DNA of 63,981 nt, filler included, from Olpidium bornovanus S191 (lineage: Eukaryota > Fungi > Olpidiomycota): assembly GCA_017911155.1 (NCBI GenBank). It is 32 parts of 32 records of this genome, joined end to end, with 100 filler letters (N's around TTAATTAATTAA, not from the genome) between each part and the next. Parts side by side here need not be neighbours in the genome. Positions count along the whole stretch, not along the records: positions 11,683 to 13,116 come from JAEFCI010007212.1; positions 13,217 to 14,994 come from JAEFCI010010504.1; positions 15,095 to 16,723 come from JAEFCI010003764.1; positions 16,824 to 18,779 come from JAEFCI010008870.1; positions 18,880 to 22,099 come from JAEFCI010000817.1; 27 more parts are not named here. The stretch is one strand, 5' to 3'. How positions within the stretch are numbered: position 1 is the stretch's first letter; the number at the start of each line of letters is the position of its first letter. Shown one piece after another: positions 11,583 through 22,199 of this stretch. The position numbers and the translations under genes were made by a program. Below the pieces are notes generated by a model. That model was not told where the DNA came from. It saw only the letters and a list, made by a program, of their open reading frames with translations, and ran no database searches.

Positions 11583-11682
11583 NNNNNNNNNNNNNNNNNN
11601 NNNNNNNNNNNNNNNNNNNNNNNNNNTTAATTAATTAANNNNNNNNNNNNNNNNNNNNNNNNNNNNNNNNNNNNNNNNNNNN

Positions 11683-13032
11683 TGTCCGTCGCACAGGCTA
11701 ATGGGCGGCAGCATGGTTCGCGACGTATACAAGTGGTACGAGACGGCGACCGGCGCCGGCGCCGTCTCACTAAAGCGGTCGAGGAGCCATAACGACGCCC
11801 ATGACTCGCGCCGCACCGCCGCCCCCTCCCACGACCACGGCGGCGACCAGAACATGAAGACGCCGGGCGGTTTCCGGAGGCAGTTCGTCCACAGCAGGGC
11901 CAAGCTCGACGGGCGAAAACCTCCAAGAACCACGAGCAGCTTCCTGGGCTTCCTCCACGCCCAGGGCCGTTTCGATGGTGAGGGGTTTGTTTTAACTTTT
12001 TTTTTTATCTTCCGTTGTCCTTTTTTTCTTTCTTTTTCGTTCCTGTTTTTTTCATTGTTTTTCGTGTTTTTTTCGTATTTTTTGTTTTTTTTTGCATTTC
12101 CCTTCCCCCCCACATTCTTCCGTTTTTTTCATTTTGTTTTCGGTTTTGCTTTCATTTGTTTTTCTGTTCCGCCCACTTCTTTTATTTTTCTTCTTTTTCG
12201 TTCCTGTTTTTAAAAAAAATCTCTTTTTTTTTCGTATTTTTTGTTTTCTTTTTTTTTGCATTTCTCCCCCCCCCATTCTTCCTTTTTTTTCATTTTGTTT
12301 TGGTTTTGCTTTCATTTGTTTTTCTGTTCCGCCCACTTCTTCTTTTTTTTTTCTTTTTTTTCGTTCCTGTTTTTTTCGTTTCTTTCGTTTTTTTTTGCTT
12401 TTTCCCCCCCATTCTTTTTTTTTCATTTTGGTTTCCGTTTTGCTTTCATTTATTTTTCTGTTCCACCCACTTCTTCTTTTATTTTTCTTTTTCTTTTGTT
12501 CCTTTTTTTGTTGTTTTTTTGTTTTTGTTGTTTGTTTTGCTTTTGCTTCGGCACTACGGCCCACCCACTTCCGCCCACCCACCTCCCATTTTGATTTGCC
12601 GCCCCAAACTTACCTGCTGATTGCATTGTGCTTGGCGTGCGGCAAAAAAATTGCGCAGGCGAGTACCCGCCAGAATTGGAACGCGACGTCTCAGGGCCGC
12701 CGTATGTTTGCCCCGAACGCATCTTCGTTGAGGCCGCTGTCAACAACCCCGACGTGGCGGTCGAAGACCCTACCCCAAAACAACACCAGATCTCCGCTAC
12801 AAAGGCTTGCTTGATGATGCTAAAGGGATTCGTTGGCACCGGCGTGTTGTTCCTTCCCGTACGCACATCGCTTTCGATTCTTTGGCGTTTGGAGGGGGCG
12901 AGGGGAGGTGGGAGGGGGGGGTGGCGGGCGGAAAGCAGTGGCGGCTAATCGTTGCCTCCGGTCGACAATAACGGTTTTTACAGAAAGCCTTTGCACATGG
13001 TGGTTTTCTCTTCTCGTTAGCAACGCTTATAT
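11683..13032 (+). CDS. Vacuolar amino acid transporter, Avt3/Avt4-like (partial; exons 11683-11977, 12659-12858, 12984-13032)
   Basis: GGSMVRDVYKW, PGGFRRQFV, FLGFLHAQGRFDGE, ISATKACLMMLKGFVGTGVLFLP-KAFAHGG are hallmark AVT3/4 (Aa_trans) motifs across GT-AG introns. Confidence 0.85.
12030..12510. repeat. Degenerate T-rich minisatellite (~3 copies of ~150-165 bp) inside the AVT intron
   Basis: Recurring block ...CATTTTGTTTT(C)GGTTTTGCTTTCATTTGTTTTTCTGTTCCGCCCACTTCTT... near 12130, 12290 and 12425. Confidence 0.8.
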
Positions 13033-13302
13033 GTGAGCTTTGAGTTCCTCCTACGAGACTTGGGCGTTTTTGAAAACAATCCCCGGATTCTATATCTAAC
13101 GCCCTCGCCACGACAANNNNNNNNNNNNNNNNNNNNNNNNNNNNNNNNNNNNNNNNNNNNTTAATTAATTAANNNNNNNNNNNNNNNNNNNNNNNNNNNN
13201 NNNNNNNNNNNNNNNNCATGTCATTGCATAGCGGTTGCCTGTGTTGACCTTGGGGTATGGTCCGGTCAGGTTGACGTGGATTGTGTAGTACATATCTGCC
13301 CT

Positions 13303-13384
13303 TGTCGAAAGTAACGAGAAAAACGCCTGCTGCGGAGAATAAAAACAAAAGGCGAAAACACCAAACGCGACAGGTTATGAGCCC
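13303..13384 (+). mobile_element. Putative very short LTR (13303-13372) plus half-tRNA(iMet) primer-binding site (13373-13384) of a Ty1/copia (Ty5/Hemivirus-type) element
   Basis: TGTCG...CGACA terminal inverted 5-mers with internal AATAAA, immediately followed by GGTTATGAGCCC, the complement of the fungal tRNA-iMet anticodon arm used by Ty5. Confidence 0.6.
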
Positions 13385-13589
13385 AACGGGACTCTGACGC
13401 CGCCCACCGCCTCCGCCGTCGCCACCGCCGCGCTCTCGCCGCCGCCGCCGCTTGCAGCCGCCGCTGCTCACCGCCGCCGCCGCTCACCGCCGCCGCCGCT
13501 CACCGTTGCCGTCACTCGCCACTGCCGCGCTCCCGGAGCCACCGCTCACCGCCGTCACCACCAAGTCCGCAGTCATCGAGTCAACAACC

Positions 13590-13922
13590 ATGGCGACAAG
13601 ATCTCGTGCACCTTTGCCTCACCAAGAGGAAGGGGATAGCGACTACGATTTCTATAACAGGTTGGCGGCCGCTGCCACGGCAGCGGCAGCTGCTGCGAGT
13701 GCCTATGAGACCAAGCACCATCAAGGCGAAAACGCGTCAAGTACTCCAAGGTACACACCTGAGACGTCGCCAGGACCTGGTCTACCTCCGCCGGCGCCCG
13801 TCCGGCTTGCTCCTACGGTCAAGTTCCACCATCTCACCAAGAACGTATACCCGGAGCCTTCAACGCAACTCCTGCCGCAGTTCACAAGGTCGCCGAGTCG
13901 TCCTCTGCACAGCACCACGTAA
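13590..13922 (+). CDS. Low-complexity ORF inside the LTR-element region, possibly gag-derived
   Basis: MATRSRAPLPHQEEGDSDYDFYNRL..., ~200 nt downstream of the PBS. The EGDS..D...RL motif is only weakly gag-like. Confidence 0.25.
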   Translation: MATRSRAPLPHQEEGDSDYDFYNRLAAAATAAAAAASAYETKHHQGENASSTPRYTPETSPGPGLPPPAPVRLAPTVKFHHLTKNVYPEPSTQLLPQFTRSPSRPLHSTT

Positions 13923-14553
13923 ACGTGTCGCATTTCGACCTCCGTGGCCTGGGAACCTCCCTACCGCAAAAATCTGTCCCTCCTAGTGTTGCCGGTCCCG
14001 CCGGTGTCGTCGGGGAGAGGCAGGGGACTTTTCTACATGGTGTCGCCGGTCCGGCCGGTGTCGTCGGGGTAGAAGAGCCCACTGCTGCTGGTACGGGACG
14101 TGTTCCTGTCGCAGTCCCTCCATCTCCAACATCCGGCGTCACCTCTGGTGTCACCGGGACCGAGGAGACGGGACGTCAAGTTCCAAGGTATCCCGTTACA
14201 AGTCGGTGACTTACACCTAGACGTCGAGAACTACCAGGATCCCTACTGATTGAGAAGAAGTTGCCGTTGCCTGCAGCCCAACGCGTGCGACGTTTTTGCG
14301 CCGGGAAGAAAAAAAAAATAAAACAAAAAAAGGGAACGGGAGGGAGGACAATGCCACACGGACGCCCTCCAGAATCGCCCCCCATTTTTCGGCGGGCCTC
14401 GCGGGCAGAAACCCTCCCTCTGAGACCTCCGAAACCTCTCCGAGACCTCCAAGACCTCCGAGACCTCCTCCGAAGCCGACGGCGACCGCGCCGCGTGAAC
14501 CATGGAAGCGGCCGCGTGAACCATGGAGGCGGCCGTGACGGCAATCGCGTGAT

Positions 14554-14994
14554 TGTTGACGGTGACGGTGACCGGCCTCGTGAACACCACGCGGAACACC
14601 GTCAACCGTCAATCGTCAACCATGGGCAAGGCACCATGGTCAACCATGGTACAGCGGTTGGGCAACAGTTGGTGAGCATAAATAGCAAGCCCCCTCGTTG
14701 CAGGGTTTTTCTTCCTCACAGAACTTCCCAGAAGAAAACCCAACACAAAACCAAAGGTCCAAAAGCTAGAATAGGGAAGCGCCAACTCGCGAATACTTTT
14801 TCCTTGTTCTTGATTATTTCCTATAATGAAAGCGAAAAGAAAGACAAGATTCCTAAAAGCTGTCTACTTGCAAATGGTTATGAGCCCAAACATGCCTACC
14901 ATTTTGCTCAAGGACCACGTCGTCTCCTGGTTCACCGGGGCGAACTTCCTCTCGTGGAGCTTCGCGGTGAAAACTGTGCTCCAGGCGGCGCAGG
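14554..14994 (+). mobile_element. 5' end of a Ty1/copia element: probable LTR (~14554-14875), PBS (14876-14887), gag start (14892-14994)
   Basis: Second GGTTATGAGCCC followed 4 nt later by ATG and MPTILLKDHVVSWFTGANFLSWSFAVKTVLQAAQ, a copia gag N-terminal (L/F)xGxN(Y/F)xxW motif. Candidate LTR begins TGTTG and has a TATA-like CATAAATAG. Confidence 0.75.
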
Positions 14995-15094
14995 NNNNNN
15001 NNNNNNNNNNNNNNNNNNNNNNNNNNNNNNNNNNNNNNTTAATTAATTAANNNNNNNNNNNNNNNNNNNNNNNNNNNNNNNNNNNNNNNNNNNN

Positions 15095-16173
15095 CATGAA
15101 GCACTACCAACGGGAAATCTGCGGTCAGCTTGTAACCCCCTCCCCCCCATTACTCCTCCCTTCAATATTCTGCACCGATTACGGAACCCACAGTATTGCC
15201 GACGTTGACGAGTCCGGCCGTCTCCGGGGCGTCGGATGCCGTAACCTGAGCGCACTCTACAAGTTCAGAATTGGCAGCATTTCGAACGCACGCTCGACAT
15301 TCTCTCGGAATGTTTTCGTACCACATCGCTCAGGTTGATTTCGACCGGACAGGCCATCCTGACGAGATCTTTAATAGTAAGCGCCCCGTACTCCTGCTGG
15401 ATATTCGGCCGGCCGGACGAGTGCGGCAGCGGGGAGGTTTCCGGCGGCGGCAGCGTCAAATCTTTGTCGCGGCCGTTTGGCGAGACGGCCGGATGCGTTC
15501 CGACGGGTCGACCCGCGGGGACGGCCGCGGGCGGTTCGGGCGGGCGGTCGGCGAGCTGGGCCTTCGCGGTCGCCCGAGGCTTGACCAGCGGAGGCCGCAG
15601 GAACTGCCGCGCCGGCGGGAGGGCCGGCCTTTTCGGAACGAGCGCGTACGCGGCCGGCTTCTCGTCAGCCGCCGCGGGGGCCGCTCTGGTTTTCGTTCCG
15701 CCGGCGGACGCCCTTCCGCCTTCCCCCCCCGCAGACTTCGACGTCCAGGACCTCGCCGCCGATCGCGCCCGCGGCGGGCCCGGTACCGGCCCCGGTCCCG
15801 CCGGCGGCGGCTGCGCCCCCCTGCCGCTCCGGGTCTTCGACAGGAATTTCAAGGTTCTGTCGCGTTCGGGCGGCGGCGGCGGCCGGGAGCTGGACGCCGG
15901 GGGCGGCGCCGATTTCGCGGTCGAGGAGAGCGAGCCGCGGCGGGCGAACACCGGGTGCGCTTTTTCCGCGGGCTTCTCCTTCCTGGCGGTCGCCGACTGC
16001 CTCGGAACCAGCTGAGGGAGCAGACCGCCCCGCTCCTCGTTCGACTTGCCGCCCGCCGCGAGAGGGTGCGAGACGGCCGCCGCCGCCGGGGGGGCCTGCC
16101 CCGCCCCGGCCATCCTGCGGAAGGTGCGGAGCGGGAGCCGGAGGAATAACCCGATCGTCTTGAGGAGCTTCAT
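15095..16173 (-). CDS. Ubiquitin-specific protease (peptidase C19), N-terminal part (3'-partial)
   Basis: Disordered N-terminal ORF, then spliced APETAGLVNVGNT|CFM at the contig end: the USP Cys box split by a GT-AG intron (GTGGGT...TAG). Confidence 0.75.
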
Positions 16174-16823
16174 TCAAGTCGACCTTGGCATCGGACGGTT
16201 CCTTCTGATCAGCACGGACAAGCCGAAGTTCGAGGAGACTGCCCCGAGACGGCTGAAATTTTGAACGTTCCGGCAGGCGGAGGGGGTGCCGCAACGGAGC
16301 ACCGGCCGAATTCACGTCGCCGCGACCCCCTTCACCTCCCCCCTCCAGATGTGTTTTGGTTGCTATGGGGCGTTGTGTGAGCAGGGCGGAGCGCGAGAGA
16401 TCGGCAGGAGGGACAGCAGGGGTCTCCATGGCAACGCTGGCAAGGCTTGGCGCAGGCAGATCTGCTGCCGTTCCAAGCGAGGAAAAATTGCGCCTTTCTT
16501 CTGCCCATCCCCCCTCTCCCCACCAACGCCCGCCCCAAAGGCGATTTGATTGCGCACGGGCGGCACTCTCGCTTCGGATGAAGGTGGTACTAATCTTGTT
16601 TCTCCTGGAAATATGTCCACTTTGGTTTGATTAGTGTTTAATTGGTTTGCCAGTGAGTGCTTATTTGCTGCATCTGCGAATGGGGAACCGTCCGTAGGCA
16701 AAGGGGGAAGAAGGGGAGGGAGGNNNNNNNNNNNNNNNNNNNNNNNNNNNNNNNNNNNNNNNNNNNNTTAATTAATTAANNNNNNNNNNNNNNNNNNNNN
16801 NNNNNNNNNNNNNNNNNNNNNNN

Positions 16824-17433
16824 ACTCGCAGCGAAACCCAATTCTCTCAACCGCGACGTAACGTATCCAAATACCAGGGGGGTCGTGGACGTAAGGCGTA
16901 CGGTAAGAAATAAAGCGAGAGTGTGCGTCTGGACTTCAAACATGAAGGATGATTTTTGGCGAAAGTTCCTTAGGCAGTGTGGGCCAATGATCAAATCCTA
17001 TACCGTGATAAAGGCAGCCGACGCGGAAAGCACGGCGAAGAAAATCGTCCCAATTCCACGTTGGTGCGCGCCGCTCGCTGCGGGCGTCGTGGCTGTCGCG
17101 GCCGCCGTCGTGGCGTTTACGAGCGTCACCTTCGGAGCCGGCAGCAAATTTTTTCGGGACGTCTTTGCCGGCCTCCGGGATTTAGGTCCAATTTGAGGAG
17201 GAATTGACGCAAACTTGTTCGGCACGAAAGTAGACCGCGTTATCCGGCGCTTTCTGAGAAAGTTTCATGGTGACCCCAAAGAGCTGCGCGGGAAAGGGAA
17301 GGGCCAGAGCGGCGGGTTGGTGGGCAGGCTGACAACCCGGGGAAATGACGTCGGGAACAAACGTAATTCTAGCTACCCACCTCGTATTGCGAATCGGGAA
17401 TGTAAGCCGGCTGGGATAGCGCCGTCCAGGTAA
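16824..17433 (+). pseudogene. Unknown reading frame with an in-frame TGA at 17194-17196
   Basis: Frame open from the contig start through a hydrophobic segment (PLAAGVVAVAAAVVAFTSV), then TGA, then ~78 more open codons in the same frame. No family recognised. Confidence 0.3.
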
Positions 17434-17661
17434 TCCTGGTAACGGTTGCGTTCTCGCCGAGGGCGTTGACTTGATCGGCGGTATTGTTCCGGTATTCCAC
17501 GGTCATGCTCCAGTTCGGCAGCGGGACCCGGGGCTTCACGTGCGACACGCCGTCGGCGATCTGGACGCGGAGCTCCTTTGTAGCGGAGCCGCCGCAGCCA
17601 CGCGGAACCTTTATGCGGGCGGCTAGTCAGCAAATCGAGCATTTCTCGGAAATTGCAAATG

Positions 17662-17702
<41 letters not shown>

Positions 17703-18140
17703 TGGGGAAGATGTCCACGCGGGGCGCCAGGATATTTCCGCGGCGATTTTGGAAGCGTCGTGGTGGCTTGGAACGGGTCTCTCTCGCCGCGGGGTGCCGG
17801 CAGGCTGTAAGCGGAGGTGAACATTGATGTATTAATTTTTAAATTAATTAACCGGTGAATTTCCCGGCTTGCCTTTTTTTCGTTGGGCCCCGGGCGCCGC
17901 GTGCGAAAACGTCGCGCGTCGCGCGGATGCGGGCCTGTTTCTGCACGCCCCCACCGCCGCAAACGGGACGACCGCCACCGCCGCCGCGCGCCGGCGTGGG
18001 CGGAGCCGCATAAATAAGGCGCCGGCCCCGCTGCGACGTGCCACGGTTTTTCTTATCCATCCTGCATAAGGTCTCCATACGCCTCCCATTCATCCCCCCG
18101 GGCAAACAAACCACCAAAGCCAACACAACAAAACATCAAG

Positions 18141-18512
18141 ATGAAGACCGCTGTCCTTTGCGCATTCGCCGCCGCCGCCATCCTCACCGCGGCGCCTGCC
18201 CGGGCCGTCATCCCAATCGTCTGCCAACCTGAGGTGGCCGCTTTCTCCTCCGTCCAGGTCTCGGGCCGCGGCGCGACCGTCGAGAATCTCGCGACCCCCC
18301 CGCTCCCCGCAACGCGCACCGACGACCATTGCACCACCCTCGCCGGCTTCGACTTTGCCGCCAACGCCTCCCTGACCATCAACTGGAGCAACTCCGACGG
18401 GGTCCTTAACGTCACCACCTCGTGCGACCTGGCTTCAAGTCCCCGCTGCGTCTTGTCCGTAAACGAACTGACCTCCACGGGGCTCTTGTTTGGGGGGGAA
18501 CAGACCGCTTAG
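18141..18512 (+). CDS. Small secreted protein, 123 aa, 4 Cys
   Basis: Signal peptide MKTAVLCAFAAAAILTAAPARA; intronless; four Cys in the mature part (plus one in the signal peptide); TATA-like CATAAATA ~130 nt upstream; A-rich leader before the ATG. Confidence 0.75.
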   Translation: MKTAVLCAFAAAAILTAAPARAVIPIVCQPEVAAFSSVQVSGRGATVENLATPPLPATRTDDHCTTLAGFDFAANASLTINWSNSDGVLNVTTSCDLASSPRCVLSVNELTSTGLLFGGEQTA

Positions 18513-18544
18513 ACAGTAAGTTCTCTGGCTCTCTACGCCAGCAG

Positions 18545-18730
18545 ATCCGCCGGCGCTGCCGCTTTCTACTTCTAGCCCGCCGGCGCTGCCGCTTTCTACT
18601 TCTAGCCCGATTTATAGGCATGAACGTAGACTGGTATGCGTTGCTTTCACTCTCCCGTGGCCTCTAGCCCAAATTATAGGCATGAATTTAGACTGGTATG
18701 CAACAGCGTCGCTTTCACTCTCCCGTGGCA
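18545..18730. repeat. Two abutting tandem duplications (30 bp x2, then ~62 bp x2)
   Basis: CCGCCGGCGCTGCCGCTTTCTACTTCTAGC occurs twice; then TAGCCC(G/A)A(T/A)TTATAGGCATGAA...GACTGGTATGC...GCTTTCACTCTCCCGTGGC occurs twice. Confidence 0.85.
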
Positions 18731-19941
18731 TTCGAACGTCAATGGCGACTCTTCCGCGCTCGTGGGTTGGCCAGGCACANNNNNNNNNNNNNNNNNNNNN
18801 NNNNNNNNNNNNNNNNNNNNNNNTTAATTAATTAANNNNNNNNNNNNNNNNNNNNNNNNNNNNNNNNNNNNNNNNNNNNCATGTCACCGTCGAACGGCGT
18901 GAGCGACGTGACGCGCTAGCGGAAGGCAGTTCGTCCGGAAAACCTGACTACGTTTCTCCTCCCATTCTTTCGTCTGAATAACGCCCGGGGCGGACCGTTG
19001 GGCCCGGCCTGTGAAAAATCTTCGGACAAGGGGGCGCGCAGGAAGATTTGCAGAGACGGCGCTGAGGGCGCGTATGGTAATTGCCCCGAAACAACTCTCG
19101 CAGGCACGCGCGGTTCCTCGGCGACGATTCACGCGGCCAAAGATTTTTTGGAGCAATTGCGGGTTAGGAGAGTCAGATTAAACCGGCGATCAAGCGCGGC
19201 GACGGCGTGGAATGCCGGCATCGTAGTGCGGTCAGGCCGGCGTGCTGGTGCCGGGAGACGAGAATAGCAGAGACTGAGACCCCCAATAATAATGATTAAT
19301 GTTGCCCCATGCCGAGGTTGCTGGATCGCCGTCAAAGTCGGCTGTATGCCAGGGGGGGACATCAGTCCGCGGACCTGCATTATGCGAAGCTGAGAAACCA
19401 GGCGTAGCTGGTTTTGGAGGGCAGAACCCCTGCCACAAGCCGAGGATGTAGCGGCGGAAGGCCGCAAGACGAAGCATTACCTCCGCCGACAAGCAAAGGG
19501 TCATTCTCCGGCCAGACTTTTATCTTTCATTTTCTCGCCCACTCACTCTGTCACCCTCACTCACTCCCTCCCTCTCTCTCCCCCCCCTTCTCTCTCGCCC
19601 CCTCTCGCCCTTTCGTTGTGCGGTCGTGTTTTGCTGGCCGCGCCGCTCGCGGAGGGGGACGGAATCATTGCTCGCAGTCCAATTCACACAAGCGTGATTG
19701 CATCACACGGGCGTAATAAACACACGCGCGCACGCACACATCAGCGTATGCCGCACATAAATTGCACCCGTCCTGGAACACGGCTTCCCCGATCACCGTC
19801 GGTGTGATTACTTTTGCGCTCCTCCCCGCGACGGCGCATGCCTCTTCCATCTCTCCGTCCCTCCACGGAAGGGCCAAACCGTCTGCAACGGGATCGAGCG
19901 CGACAAGCATATCTCTGGCTTCCTTGCGCGCGAGTGTCTCG

Positions 19942-19946
<5 letters not shown>

Positions 19947-19988
<42 letters not shown>
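19947..19988. repeat. (CT)n microsatellite
   Basis: About 21 consecutive CT units. Confidence 0.95.
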
Positions 19989-19992
<4 letters not shown>

Positions 19993-21126
19993 AGGCCGTG
20001 CACGGGAGGAGTCAAAGTCCCGCCCGCCTTCGCCGGAACCAAGCTGACGCCCCCGCCGCGCGGCGACCTGCTGAAACCGCTCCGCGCCCGCCGCCGCCCA
20101 GCCCCTTATGCCGGCCAAGGGCGCCGCGCGCCGCCCCGCTGGGGGCCGCCGGCGCGGGGCGGCCGGAGGCCCGCGCGGCGTTTCCGACGACCTCCTCCGG
20201 CCCTGCGCGTTTCGCGACTTCGAAGCGCTGGTCGCCCTTTACCGCGATGTTGCGCGGGTACGCGCGCCTCTCGCCCGCGGGGGCGTTGAGAAGTGGACGG
20301 TGGGGAGAAACGTTCCTGCCGAATTGATGCTGACTTAGGGACCCGCGCGCGGCCCCTTTTGCCCTGCCGGACTCAAAACAGCGTCGGGGCATCTCGGAAG
20401 AGGAAGCGGACGCTTACGCGAACTCCTTGGAAGGGTTCCGATCTCGGTGGACCGCCGTGTTGGAGGTTATCCGGCAGGCCAAGGAGCAGCGCGCAGGTGG
20501 GGGACGCCGACAGCACGGGCCCCCTGGCCTCGACGGCGCGGAAGTCGCCCGATTTTCGACGGGCGCCCGCTCCCCGGGCCGGGGCGTTCTTATCCGTCAA
20601 CAGACCGCGACTGACGGTCTCCTGGTCGAAGGCGTGAGGAAGCGGGAGCTGCTCAAGCCGAAGTCAAGCAAAATATCCGCGACCCGCCCTCGCGCCCGGC
20701 CGCCTGCCGCTCCAGACGTGCCGCAGCAGGACCTGCCGCTCTTTTCCCCGGAGCATTACCAGCGCCGTCATAAGGCGGGAGAACCGCTGGTGCTGAGGGC
20801 CCCGCGGAGGTGCGCATTTGCAGCATCCGAAGGCCAGAAGAAAGAATGCCTTCATTTCCACGAGCGGATGGTGAAGATCGCCTGGGGCCGGGCGCTCGTT
20901 CCTAAACTTGCCGTTGCGTCGCAAAGCGGGCGCGTCTTTTTCTGCCATCCGGCAGATGGTGAACGACCGCCCTCGTCTTGGGTTGTGCAATTAGTGACCA
21001 AGGTGTGAAGCTGAAGGCAAACATCGTTCGAAATTACCGCACGGCGCCATGTTCATCCGATGACCGCCTTGGCCGAAGCGCATCAGGTGTCGCCGCCCGT
21101 CACAGGTCTTTTTTTCGCATTTTCAG

Positions 21127-21390
21127 ACCAGTACCTGGTCTCGATCTCGGAATGCCAAAAGAAGGAAGAAAACGAAACCGCGAAAGTTGAAACCGTGCGG
21201 ATTATTGGCTTATCCGGTCTTGCAACCGCTGCGTCGTCGCCGATCATCGTTCCGCCCCTCGAGATTTCAAGTTTGGGGACGTGTTGCGGGAATTGCCATC
21301 CGGTTCTCGTGACCGGCAGAGACTGTACGACGGTTGCATTTGGAAAGTGCAGCTTCGGCGAGATTGGCCTCTGGCGTCTGGACAACAAGG
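21127..21390 (+). CDS. Probable internal exon of an unidentified gene
   Basis: TTTTCAG acceptor, open frame DQYLVSISECQKKEE...EIGLWRLDNKE, then a GT donor. Family not recognised. Confidence 0.3.
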
Positions 21391-22199
21391 AGTGCGTAGA
21401 GTTTGGTTGACATTGTCCTTTGTAGGATTGCTCACTGAACGTGCTCTCTCTATGATCGTCCAGAAACGACGGTCAAAATATTTCTTGTTTGCCAGCAATT
21501 CCAAATGCCACAGTCTACGTTCAGTCTCTCGCGGAGCTACCCGGGTCCAACTTGGTCGCCGGCCTGTGCGGCTCGCATCTAGCGATCTGGTATGTTTTGT
21601 TGGGTTACGCCTGATATTATGTCATAACCGCCTGACATCGGAATCAAGGGACGTCGACCTCTCCTGCATCTTGTCCATCACTGCGTTTGACGGCGCAACA
21701 CCAACTTCAATTATCGTGACGGCGGAGTTGCCGGCGAGCGTGCAAGCATTTTTGCAGAAGCGAACGTTCCCCCACGCGAGCCCGACCGCCACTCCCGCGG
21801 CTGCTCTAGTGACGATCTTCACGCCGGAAGGCCAAGAGCCAGCCCGTCTTTCCGTGGTGATAGGAAGCCGCAACCGCGTTTGCTTGAGATACGTAAACTC
21901 CAGGTGCGCGTACGCGATCCTGCGAAACTATTGCCCAGCTTTGGCGTTTTTTTCTTGTGGCACCGCCCTCATCGGCAGCATGACGTTTCTCGCGGCGCGT
22001 CGTTTTCGTTCCCACCAGCGATCTGCTCGAGGCCGTTGCCACGTTGGCGTTCCTCTTCGCGGTGCGGCGCGACGGGAGCATCGCCTGCTGGGACAGAAGN
22101 NNNNNNNNNNNNNNNNNNNNNNNNNNNNNNNNNNNNNNNNNNNTTAATTAATTAANNNNNNNNNNNNNNNNNNNNNNNNNNNNNNNNNNNNNNNNNNNN

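Noticed and set aside
20427-21008. piggyBac-like Cys-rich C-terminal domain (RRC...ECLHFH)
   Set aside because: Most required Cys residues are missing and no DDD core is seen.
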